Assembly (NCBI GenBank): GCA_000388065.2 | Contig: KB932202.1 | Source of the DNA: Fonticula alba ATCC 38817 | Taxonomy: Eukaryota > Protista > Nucleariida | Length of the DNA: 64,000 nt | Strand: one strand, 5' to 3' | In this document: positions 47,753-59,618 of the stretch, piece by piece | How positions within the stretch are numbered: the stretch's first letter is position 1 | How the letters are laid out: every line of letters starts with the position of its first letter | Made by a program: the position numbers and the translations under genes | Notes under the pieces: generated by a model | Database searches by the model: none | Seen by the model: the letters and a program-made list of their open reading frames with translations, nothing else | Told to the model about the DNA's origin: nothing

Positions 47753-50700
47753 GATGGCGTAGAGTGAGCGAGGGGGGGGGGGGGAGGAGCGCAGGGCAGG
47801 TGGCCAGGCGAGAGAGAGAGAGAGAGGGAGAAAGAGGGGGGGGGAGGAGGAGGGGCAACAGCGATAAACGGGCGCGGTTGAGAGAGGGAGAGGACAGCAC
47901 GTGTGCATGCAGAAGGCTGCGATCACCGGGAGGGACAGAGAGAAGGGCAGCTTTTGTAGGCCCTCTGCCCCTCGCTCGCCGCTGCCGGGCAGCCGACCGA
48001 GTGAGGGAACTTGGCTAGCTGAGATCCCCGGGGCCTGGGCGTCTCACTGGAGCCATGGGCATGCGCGTGGGTGCGGAGGCCAGCCCAAAAGAAGCATGCA
48101 GCCATGGATCCCTGGCACACAGGCCGAGAGGCCAAAGCGAAGGGAGGGGAGGGGGGCACTTACCTCTGGAAAAATCTGGCGAAAGGCCACTCATTGGCGG
48201 ACATGGTATCTCTTTCTCTCTGCGCGTGGGCGTGTCTGAGTGTGTGTGTGTGTGTGTATCCAGTACTTTGTGGTCGGACGGAGGATTGGTCAGCGGCTCA
48301 GGCGCTGCAGAGCAGGGTCAAGAGGGGCAGCAGGAGCAGACCGGGATATCCCGGGGGGAGGGGCTGGGGGGACAGCAAGAACAACGAGGGCGAGGGCGGG
48401 GAAACAGGGACAGCCCGAGCGAATGGAGCACGGAGGGAGATCGCGTCGCGCCCAGGAGAGCGCCCCCACCCGGAGGCCGGCTAGTGATGAATCGGCCACC
48501 AGTGGATGTGGAGGTATCTAGTCACCGATGGAACAAAAACACACCCACACACAATCACACAAGCGTGCACGCACACGGCGGCCCCCCCCCCCGCCCGCCC
48601 TCGAGCAGGCGAGCCGGCCTCTGATCGATCAAGGCCCCGGCTCCCTCCCGGGACAACAGTTGGCACCCGCTGGCCGCCGCCACGAACCGGGCTCCAGTGT
48701 TGATGCCTGGCGTCAATCCGACGATGACACCGGCAGGACACCATCACACGCCTCACGGACACGCGCGCCGGGCGCCATCGACATTGTGGTCGCCAGCCGG
48801 CGGGCGGGGGGGGGAGGGGGGCACGTTCATGCGTAAGCAGCCCCGCGAAATGTGGGACCCATTTCACAAGGCGCCCCGGGAGCGCCCCGGACCCAGCTGC
48901 TTTCTCTGCGGCCCCCCGCCCCCCCCCCGCCCCGCCGGCAGGCACCTAGGGCCGGGTGTCCCCGCCGCAGTGCGAAGGATCCATGCTCGCCCACACGGGC
49001 CCTGCCCGGTCCGCGGGGCTGAGGTCCAAACTGGGCACTTCTCGCTGGCAGGCGTGCCCCCTGCCCGCCCGGCGCCACGGCCCGCCCACGCCCGCCAGCC
49101 GGGCCGACCACACTCCGGCAGCCACATCAATCGGAAGGGCACCCCCCACCCTCCCCTCCCCCGGGCGGGTTGGGGGGGGGGCGCGCGGACACCCGAAGAC
49201 ACCCAGCAGGTGGCGGAAAAAATACCCGACACGGCCTTGACGCCGCTCGCCGAGAATGCCCGCCACACCCCGGGAGCGGCGGCTCGCCGCTGGGTCCGCA
49301 GGCGCCGGCCGCAGCACCGGGGCACGGTCCCCCGGGCCCGGCATGTCCCCCGGGGAGCGGGGGGGGGGAGCGGCTCGCGGCTCGCGGCCGGGGGCCCGGG
49401 GGCCGAACGAGCAAGGGCTCTCAAAGGGAAGAAGGCCCGCCCGGCCGCATCCGTCCGCGGCCGCGCGAAAACAAACAAACCGGTACTGCAATCGTGGATT
49501 CCAGAGGGCGCCAGCATCTTCGGCGTGATTAGCGCCGCCCTGTGGCCCGGGAGGATCACGCCCCTTCGGGACCCTCTTTGGGGTCGGGCGCCGGACCCGC
49601 ACGGCCCCCGCGGCACCGGCGCACCTCATCCAGGCCCGAGGCATGTGAGCGGCGCCCGCCCCTACACACGCGCGCGGACACACACACATACACACATACA
49701 CACACACACATCCGGCCGCGCCGGGCCAGATCGCCCCCATCCACCCATGTCCGCATGTGTGCCCGGGCCGATGCCGCTGGGGAAGCGCCGAGCCTCGCCG
49801 AAGGCACGACCAGTCACGGCAAGCTCCCCCCCGGCTGGGGAGGCCTCAAGGATGACGACGATGAGGGCGGCCCGCCAGCCCAGTGGTGGTTGGGAGCANN
49901 NNNNNNNNNNNNNNNNNNNNNNNNNNNNNNNNNNNNNNNNNNNNNNNNNNNNNNNNNNNNNNNNNNNNNNNNNNNNNNNNNNNNNNNNNNNNNNNNNNNN
50001 NNNNNNNNNNNNNNNNNNNNNNNNNNNNNNNNNNNNNNNNNNNNNNNNNNNNNNNNNNNNNNNNNNNNNNNNNNNNNNNNNNNNNNNNNNNNNNNNNNNN
50101 NNNNNNNNNNNNNNNNNNNNNNNNNNNNNNNNNNNNNNNNNNNNNNNNNNNNNNNNNNNNNNNNNNNNNNNNNNNNNNNNNNNNNNNNNNNNNNNNNNNN
50201 NNNNNNNNNNNNNNNNNNNNNNNNNNNNNNNNNNNNNNNNNNNNNNNNNNNNNNNNNNNNNNNNNNNNNNNNNNNNNNNNNNNNNNNNNNNNNNNNNNNN
50301 NNNNNNNNNNNNNNNNNNNNNNNNNNNNNNNNNNNNNNNNNNNNNNNNNNNNNNNNNNNNNNNNNNNNNNNNNNNNNNNNNNNNNNNNNNNNNNNNNNNN
50401 NNNNNNNNNNNNNNNNNNNNNNNNNNNNNNNNNNNNNNNNNNNNNNNNNNNNNNNNNNNNNNNNNNNNNNNNNNNNNNNNNNNNNNNNNNNNNNNNNNNN
50501 NNNNNNNNNNNNNNNNNNNNNNNNNNNNNNNNNNNNNNNNNNNNNNNNNNNNNNNNNNNNNNNNNNNNNNNNNNNNNNNNNNNNNNNNNNNNNNNNNNNN
50601 NNNNNNNNNNNNNNNNNNNNNNNNNNNNNNNNNNNNNNNNNNNNNNNNNNNNNNNNNNNNNNNNNNNNNNNNNNNNNNNNNNNNNNNNNNNNNNNNNNNN

Positions 50701-51480
50701 NNNNNNNNNNNNNNNNNNNNNNNNNNNNNNNNNNNNNNNNNNNNNNNNGGGGGGGGGGGGGGGGCGGGGCCGGCGTCCGCTCGCCCGCGCCGAGCCTGGG
50801 CTCGTCCCCGGGGCCTGCGGTCAGCGCTGGGAGCCGCGCGCCTGGCATGCAGGGGCCCGGGCGGTCACGCAGGGCAACAACTCCCTGCTGCCCGGCGACC
50901 CGCGCATCCCCGCGCGCACGCCCTCCGCCTCGGAGCGCCCCTGTTCCTTTCCTCTGTATCCCCGCCCTTCGTGACCCCCCCCCCCCCTGTTCCCTGCTGC
51001 CCCGCACCCCAGAGCCTCGCCCCAAGGCAGCGGCGGGGGCAGTGGCAGCCGGTGGCCGGCATTTCGTCCGAAGAACCGCCCGCCGCCCGCGCCCCCGGCA
51101 GCAGGCGAGGCAGAGGGACGCGGGACGGGAGGAGCGGAGCCCCCCCGCTGGTGCCCGTGTGTAGAACGAGCGCGTCGACCGCGTATTGCCCGGCCCACAC
51201 TCACCACTGATCCCCCCCCCCCCCCTGAGCTCCGTCTGCTGGCCTCCTGGCGGGACTGTGCCCTCGGCATTTTTATTGTTATTGTTTACCCCCCGCGTGC
51301 GGCAGCGCGTTGCCTCCAGAGCGCCCTTTCTGCCACCCTCACCCCCTTCCCCCGCCCAGCCTCCCTTCATCTTCCTTCGCTGCCCCTCTCCCCCCTCCTT
51401 TCCCCCCCCCCACCCCTACCCACGCGTGTCTGGTCGCCAAGTCAGCCGCATCTCGCGCTTCCGCCTGGTGGCCCGCTCTC

Positions 51481-51517
<37 letters not shown>

Positions 51518-51618
51518 ACGCGTGTCTGGTCGCCAAGTCAGCCGCATCCCCCCCCTCCGCCTGGTGGCCCGCTCTCTCCCCCCCCCCCCCCGCCTCCAGC
51601 CTTCCCCACCTCGCCAGG

Positions 51619-54600
51619 ATGTCCTTCCACTCTGTGGCCGTCTCGGCCTTCCTGCAGTACGCGTCCCCTGCACCGGCTCGCGATCGCGCCTCTTCTCGCT
51701 GGCTCCCCTCACCCTCCATGCGCCATCCTTCCTGCCCCCCCCCCGCCGCCCAGTGACTCTGCCGGGTCCAAGGGATACACTCCCTACGGCACGCTGGACC
51801 TGAATCTGAAGCTCGGCGACAAGGGCGCCTTCATCCTGAACCTGGACAAGGCCGGCACCGTGTACACCAGTGCCCCGATCAGCCCGGACTTCTCGCTGAC
51901 CGTGCGTATGACCCGGGCACACACACACACACACCCAGAGAGAGAAAGAGAGAGAGATGCCTGCCTATGCACGCCTACAGGCCGCCACCCCGCACCGCCC
52001 CTGACATGCTCCCCCCCCCCCCCTCCCCCCCCCCCGCTCCCTTGCTGTGGGCCGCACGCCATAGCCCCTGGACGAGACGTCGGCCATGTTCACCGGCGAG
52101 CATGGTCGCTCGTGGACCGTGCGCTTCTCCTCGGTTGATGAGGCCAGCAACTTTTATCTCAAGGTCACCTATGCCCGCGCCTCGGCCGCCCAGTTCAAGG
52201 AGCTGGTCATCCAGGACTCCCTCGTCGGCACTGGTGATGTATGTTTCCGTCGGCCCGGCCGTGTGACCCTCCCTGATGCTGCTCTGCCTCTCTTCGCCCT
52301 GCTTACGCACCATTCGCTCCATTCGATCCATTCGATCCATTCGATCCACTCGACCCTGCTCCACCCCAGGACTCCCTCGGCCCGGGGTCCCGCGCGGCGG
52401 TGGCCTACAATGCCTGGTCCTTCAGCCAGAACTCCCTGAGCCCCTTCCATACCGGACTCAACAACCCCGATCAGCAGCAGACCTTCACCATCGGTCGCGG
52501 CAAGGTGTGTGCCGGCTGGGAGACCGGTGTTCGCGGCATGAAGCTCGAGGGCCGCCGCTTCATCATGGTCCCCGCCACGATGGCCACCAGCGCCCAGGGC
52601 TTCCCCACCGGCTGCCCGCTCTTCTTCCACATGAAGCTGGCTCGCGCTCGGTTCGAGGGCTCGGCCGCCTCGGCCGCCGGCACCCCGGCCAAGGATTCGC
52701 CGCGCAAGTTCAAGACCGTGCAGGAGATCCCGCTCCCCTCCCTGCCTGTGGCGCCGGCCTCCTCCTCCGAGGTGGACGAGGATGACCCCATTCAGAGCCT
52801 GGTACGCTGCTCCACACATGTGCCCTCCCCCCGGTGGGGGGCGCGGGCTCGGTTGGGGGCTCTGCTCTTTCCCCCTGCTCCCCCCTCCCCCCTCGGCAGA
52901 CCCCTTCTCTAACCATCCCTTTCGCGACGCTTGCCCAGCGCGGCCGCGATCAGAAGCAGCAGGAGGTCATCGACCGCGTCTCGAAGTTCGGCCAGAACAT
53001 GCTCAGCAGCCTGCCGGCTCCGGCGGCTGCTGCCATGAACGACGAGGTTGCCATGACCCTGAGCCAGCGCAACAGCCAGCAGCCCGCTCAGCAGCAGCAG
53101 CAGCAGCAGCAGCAGCCCGTCCAGCAGCAGCCTGTTCAGCAGCAGCCTATGCAGCAGCAGCAGCAGCAGCCCGTTCAGCAGCAGCAGCAGCAGCAGCCCA
53201 TGTACCCCATGCAGCAGTCGCAGCAGCAGCCCATGTACCCCATGCAGCAGCAGCAGCAGCAGCCCATGTACCCCATGCAGCAGGACCCGTGGACCGGTGC
53301 CCCGCAGGCCGGCCCCGGCCAGCTGGCCCTCTATCACCCATACCAGCAGGCTGGTGCTCCGGGCGCCCCCTTCCGGCCGGCCCTTCCTGCTCCCGGGCAG
53401 CACTACGGCAACCCGGGGCACTATCACGATTCGGCTGCTGCCACGGCGGCCGCTGTGGCGGCTGCCACCGTGGCCGCGTATGCTCCGGCCGCCGTTGCCC
53501 CGGCCGCCGCTGCCGCGTCTCCGGCCCCGGTCGCCAGCCCGGCTCCGGCCCCCGGCCCGGTCGCCCTGTCCGATGAGGACCGGCGCCTGCTGAGCGCCAC
53601 GCACGATGCCGCGCAGAAGGTGGCCACCCAGCAGACCACCATGGCCACCTCGGTGGCCGGGGTGGCCGAGCAGGTGTCCACCCTGCGCGAGGGCGTCGGC
53701 CGGATTGTCAACAATCCGCTCTTCGCTTCGGACGGCGGCAAGCCCGCCATGGAGGGGCTGGAGCTGCTGCGCGCCATCCAGAAGCTGGTGACCGAGAGCG
53801 ACCGCCTGCGCCGGGAGATCGACGAGCGCTCGACCACGGTGGAGCGTCTGCAGGCTCGCGTGGCCGGCCTGGTGACCGAGAAGGAGCAGCTCATCGACGA
53901 CCGGAACCAGATGCTGGACCGGCGGAATGAGTCGCTGCGCGCGACGTCCGAGCACTCGGCCGACATCCTGCTGAAGCTGCAGCAGGACAAGTCCCGCATC
54001 GAGGCCGACCTGGCTGCCGCCCAGTCGGACCTGTCCTCGGCCCAGCGCCAGGTGGCCGGGCTGACCCGCGTGGAGACCGAGCTCCGCGAGGAGACCGCCA
54101 CCCTGACCCTGGCTCTGGAGGAGGCGCGCTCCGACGCGGACACCCTGCGCACGGAGGCCGCCACGCGGGAGACCCGCGTCAAGCAGCTGACCCGCCAGCT
54201 GAAGCTCCTGAAGGCGGCCAAGGCCGAGGCCGATGAGCGGATCACCGCCCTCGAGGAGGAGGTCAGCGACCGGATCCGCGAGCTGGAAAACGTCCGTGCC
54301 CTGTCGGACGAGCGCCGGCGCAAGTCCGATGAGGAGCTTGCCCGTGCTGAGCAGGTGCGCGCCTGGCTGCCTTTTGTGCCCCTCTCGCTCTCACTCGCTG
54401 GCCCTCGGATGAGGAGCCATGGCCTCTTCCCCGGTCACTGACACATGAATCGCACGACGCTCTGGCGTGTGGGGGGGGGGGGGCGGGGCGGGTCCCGGCT
54501 CGGTTGGGCGCGCGCGGTCCGGCAATATGACAGACCTACATCGACAGCCAGAAGGCCCTGGAGAAGGACATTTCGACCCTGCGCGAGCAGCTTCGCCGCG

Positions 54601-57205
54601 AGCGTCTGTCCTCCGGCGAGGCAACCGCCACCCGCCTCCGCGAGATGGAGGAGGAGCTCGAGGCCATCTGGACCCAGAAGCTGGAGCGCGTGCAGGAAGA
54701 CCTGCGCAAGGCCCATGCCACGGCCGTGGCCAACATGGAGATTGCCCAGCGCCAGGCCCTTGAGCAGGCTCGGGCGGAGGAGCGCGAGCTGGCCGCCGCC
54801 GCGGCCGGGTCGACCACCCGCCAGCAGGAGGCCCGCACGGCTGAGCTCGAGGCCCAGCTGGCCGAGGCCCGTGCCAAGGTGGCCCAGCTGCTGGCCACGG
54901 TGGAGGAGCTTGAGAAGACCCCCGGCGCCGCCCCGGTGGGAGCCGCTGCCGGTGGGCAGTTTACCTTTGACGATATCAAGAAGATCATGAACGGCGTGGC
55001 ACGCGGTGTGCTGCCGATTCTGGCCGACCCGGAGGAGCGCGCCACCGTGACCGGCATCATTCGTGACGCCACGCTGTCGGTTCTGAACCCGGAGCCCGTG
55101 GTCGCGGAGTCTGAGGAGTCCGAGGAGGAGTCTGACGAGGAGTCTGCTGAGGAGTCCGAGCACGAGTCCGAGCACGAGTCCGAGCACGAGTCCGAGCACG
55201 AGTCCGAGCACGAGTCCGAGCACGAGTCCGAGGAGGAGGAGGAGGAGTCCGCCGATGAGGCGGCTGCCCCTGTCGCCGAGGAGACCTCCCTTGCCGCCGA
55301 GGAGTCCGACGAGTCCATCACTGAGGAGGCCGTTGCCCCGGCTGCTCCCGGCGTGCAGGAGGAGTCCGAGGATGAGGATGAGCTCCCTGCCGTTGCGGCC
55401 CCGGGCCCGGCCCAGACCGCTGCCCTTCTCTTCGACTCGGAGGACGACGAGGAGGACCTGCCGCTTCCGGAGGTGGCGACCAAGCCCCAGGCGTCGAGCC
55501 TTCTCCTCTCGGATGACGAGGATGAGGATGATGACCCCTTCCTGCCGGCCCCCGGCAAGACTGCCGCCGTGAGCCTGGGCTTCTCGGACGACGAGGAGTC
55601 TGACGTGGCGGAGGATCCTGCCCCGTCCATGGCCGCTGCGGTCGTCAGCGATGATGCCACTGGCAGCGATGACGGTGGCGAGGAGGATGAGGACGATGCC
55701 GTCTTCGCGGCGGCCGCGTCTCCCACTGCCGCCACCCCGGCCAAGGGTGGCCTCTTCGACACTGACAGCGAGGAGGACGACCTGGAGGTCGATGCTGCGC
55801 CCACTCCCGAGGTGGAGCCTCTCGAGGAGGATGCCTCGATTGACTCTGGCGCCGAGACTCCCACTCACGAGGAGGGGTCTGTCGCTCAGAAGGAGGATGA
55901 CGACGAGCCCCTCGCTGAGGAGGCCGACGATGAGCCTATCACTGAGGAGGCCGACGATGAGCCCCTCGCCGAGGAGGNNNNNNNNNNGAGCCTATCACTG
56001 AGGAGGCCGACGATGAGCCCCTCGCCGAGGAGGACGACGACGAGCCTATCACCGAGGAGGCCGAGGAGGAGTCCTTCTCCAGCCTCGCGGCCGCCGCCAC
56101 CATCGAGAGCGATGACGATGATGATGATGCTTTCTCATCGGCCGCCGCTGCCGTGACCACCAAGAGCAGCCTCTTCGACTCCGACGATGACGAGGAGGAG
56201 GAGGAGGAGGAGGAAGACCTGCCTGCTCCTGTTGCCGAGAACACGGGTGACGAGGACGTTGCGCAGGATGCCGCTGCCGCCCTGTTTGATAGCGACGACG
56301 GCAATGATGGCGTCAACGCCGATGAGGCGGAGGAGCAGCAGCCCGAGCCCGCCGAGGAGGATCCGCTGGCCGCCGGCGGCGATGCCCATTCGTCGGACGG
56401 CGCATCCAATGCCACCTCCTCGCCCTTTGACATCGTCAATGAGGACATCGCCACCAGCAGCGACGACCACCACCTGTCGAATGACACCCTGGACAAGGAG
56501 GAGGATGCCAGTGCTGACCCCTTCGGCGATGCGGTGTCCGTCACCCTGAGCGACGCCCAGGCCCTGCAGTCGGCCTCGGTTCTGTCGGTGGCCGACTCGG
56601 ATGCCGAGGAGGCCGGCGACCCGTTCGCTGCTCCGGCCGCCAGCGCGCCGGCCGCCAGCTCCCTCTTCTCTTCCGATGACGAGGAGGACACCGCCCCGGC
56701 GCCTTCCCTCTCGGCGGCCACCACCGTGGTCGAGGATGACGCGGAGGCGGCGGCGGCCCCGATCCAGCTCCCGCCGGCCATGGACCCGCTGGTCATGGAC
56801 CCCTGGAGTCAGCCCCTGCCCGAGGCCGCGACCGCTGTCGCCGCCGAGCAGGTCCCGGAGGACGAGGCAGCGGCGGAGGAGCCCACCGAGGAGCCGCCCG
56901 CGCCCGCGCCCGCGCCCGCCATCAGCAGCAAGATCGACGATGATGACGACGACATGGACTGGCTCAATGCCACCCAGCCGAAGGCCACCGGCCCCCGGGT
57001 GACCAGCCTCTTCGGCGACACCGATGACGAGGATGATGCGCCCTTCGACACGGGCGCGTCGCCGCGTGCCGGCACCGCCGCCGCTGCTCGGTCCCGGACC
57101 AGCTCCATGCTCAAGCGCCCGGGCCGCTCGGCGTCGGTCCTCAAGTCCCCGGCCGCCAACAAGCCGACCAGTCTCTTCGGCAGCGATGATGATGACATCT
57201 TCTAA
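51619..57205 (+). CDS. FKBP15: FKBP15 (WAFL/FKBP133)-like protein: WH1-like domain, FKBP domain, coiled coil, long acidic tail
   Basis: Exons 51619-51656, 51754-51901, 52065-52238, 52370-52801, 52939-54354, 54534-57205. The frame shifts across the 11-N gap at 55978-55988. GRSWTVRFSSVDEASNFYLKVTYAR resembles human QNWSIMFESEKAAVEFNKQVCIAK. FKBP fold: FTIGRGKVCAGWETGVRGMKLEGRRFIMVP. Also VIDRVSKFGQNML. A CAG just before the ATG leaves an upstream exon possible. Confidence 0.8.
55145..55235 (+). repeat. Coding 12-bp tandem repeat (GAGTCCGAGCAC, ESEH x~6) in the FKBP15 acidic tail
   Basis: Directly visible. Confidence 0.9.
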
Positions 57206-59476
57206 GGACGCGAAGAGCGAGACAAACCCCCCCCCCCCCCCCCCCTCCTGTGCGGGAGTCGGTGCCTGCTTGNNNNNNNNNNCCCCCCCCCCCCTCCTGT
57301 GCGGGAGTCGGTGCCTGCTTGACGTTCCCGCGCACACACGCGCACGCGCACACCCGCGTGTACCCACAAACACATCCCCTTTTTAGCCTTTCTTTTCCTC
57401 GCCCTTGCGAAAAACATCCCTCAAGAAATACATTCAGCCTGCTGGATCCCCTCGGCCGTGTGCCCTGAGAGGGGGGTATCCCGTCCTTCATTCGGGCAGA
57501 GGGAGGGGGGGCGGGGGCCGTGTCTTGCTCCGCAGACAGGGGGATGGCGCCTCCTCGTTGAGGCCACGCCAGGGGAGGGCGTGCGGTCCAACAGGCAGTG
57601 GGCCCCCGGCCCGCACGCACACACACGCGCGTGCGCGCGTCATGCTCAGAGGGCCGCCGAATCAGCGGAGCACGAAGCTGCGCCTCGGGAAAAAATCCAG
57701 CTGGCAAGGCCGCGCAAGCCCCGACGGAGGGAGCGACGTGTTTGGTTGGCGCCACGGGAGGGCACACCGAGGGGCCCCTCGGCCGGCGGAGGCCCATCCC
57801 CGGTCGTCCCGTGGAACACAAGACCGCGGCAGACACGCGCCCGGAGGGGGGGGCACAGCTAGCCCGACCCACGCCCCGGGCCTGGCCGGTGAATTAATCT
57901 ACAACTGGAGATGGCTGCCCGCGGTCATGCAGAATCGGCCGTTCTGTAAGTCCGGACGGCCAGCGCACATTCCAACGCCCGGCGCAGGGACGCGCGCGCC
58001 TTTCGGACTGTCTGCGCATGCCGCAACTGATCGGAGCATCGCCATCTCCCGAGCACCATAGTCTGGGAAAATAGAACAGGCCGGCGCTCGGGACACCCCG
58101 CTCGGGGGGAGCACCCGGCCGACTCTCCGCCCCCCCCCCCNNNNNNNNNNNNNNNNNNNNNNNNNNNNNNNNNNNNNNNNNNNNNNNNNNNNNNNNNNNN
58201 NNNNNNNNNNNNNNNNNNNNNNNNNNNNNNNNNNNNNNNNNNNNNNNNNNNNNNNNNNNNNNNNNNNNNNNNNNNNNNNNNNNNNNNNNNNNNNNNNNNN
58301 NNNNNNNNNNNNNNNNNNNNNNNNNNNNNNNNNNNNNNNNNNNNNNNNNNNNNNNNNNNNNNNNNNNNNNNNNNNNNNNNNNNNNNNNNNNNNNNNNNNN
58401 NNNNNNNNNNNNNNNNNNNNNNNNNNNNNNNNNNNNNNNNNNNNNNNNNNNNNNNNNNNNNNNNNNNNNNNNNNNNNNNNNNNNNNNNNNNNNNNNNNNN
58501 NNNNNNNNNNNNNNNNNNNNNNNNNNNNNNNNNNNNNNNNNNNNNNNNNNNNNNNNNNNNNNNNNNNNNNNNNNNNNNNNNNNNNNNNNNNNNNNNNNNN
58601 NNNNNNNNNNNNNNNNNNNNNNNNNNNNNNNNNNNNNNNNNNNNNNNNNNNNNNNNNNNNNNNNNNNNNNCCCCCCCCCGCCCCTGGGTCCTCGCGCTTC
58701 CCGGGCGGGTGCCCTTCTTCAGGAAGCTTATGCTCCCTCCGCCCGCACACCCGCGACCGGGCTCCCCGCTTTTTCGGGGCCGGTAAATCCGAAGTCCATT
58801 TCCTCCCCCCTCCCAGGGATGGAGACGATCTGGTGAACTACCGCTGCTCGCCCCCGCCCCGCCGGCACGGGGAGAGATGCGACCCCCCCCCCCCCCTCGC
58901 CAGGGAGGCGGCCTTTTCGCCATGCAACCTGCCAGCCCCCGAGGGTGAACCTGGCCGGACATCCCACATCCGACTCCCTCCCCCTGCTGCCCCCTGCCCC
59001 TGCCCCCTTCCTCCCCTCGTCCGATACACGCGCCCGGCTGCGCGCACGCGCGCACTCCCCAGATCCGCTCCCCCTAGCCTCCCCCGCCTGCCGTGCCCCC
59101 CCCCTCCCCCCCCCTTCCTGATCCGGGCTGCTCCGTCGGAGGGCTCCACCGAGGGCGAGGCGCGTCGTTGCCGCCGCTGCCACCACCACCGCCACTGCTC
59201 CTGCAGCCACTGCCACTACCAGAGCAGCTGCGTCAGCGGCGGCCCCACCTCCCGCCGGCTCCCTGGCCTGCTTTTCCCCTTGCGCCGCCCCCCCCCCCAG
59301 CAAGGGCCAGCAAGTGAGGCCCTGCCCGATTGTCGACCCACTCTCTGGATCTGCTACGTCCGCGGATCAACACTATGAATTTGACCCGACACTCGGGCAT
59401 CCCCATCGTATCTGTGCGCGGTGACCCCCGGCGCCCCGTCCTGCACTCTGCGTACACCATCTCGGTCTCTGGAGCT

Positions 59477-59513
<37 letters not shown>

Positions 59514-59618
59514 GCACGCACGCACGCACGCACGCACCGTGCTCTGGCGGTGCCCCTCGCGCAGCCCACCCTCTTCGGCGCCATCGATCCCCTGCCAGTG
59601 ACTTGGGGGCGCGTCTGA

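Noticed and set aside
51420-51592. Two near-identical ~70-bp units (CACGCGTGTCTGGTCGCCAAGTCAGCCGCATC...) upstream of FKBP15 as a regulatory repeat
   Set aside because: They are separated by a long poly-C run, so I cannot distinguish a real duplication from mis-assembly.
57226-57321. Direct repeat CCTCCTGTGCGGGAGTCGGTGCCTGCTTG flanking a short N-gap
   Set aside because: Typical contig-overlap artefact. The frame shift at 55978-55988 is probably a similar gap artefact inside a 27-bp coding repeat, not a pseudogene lesion.
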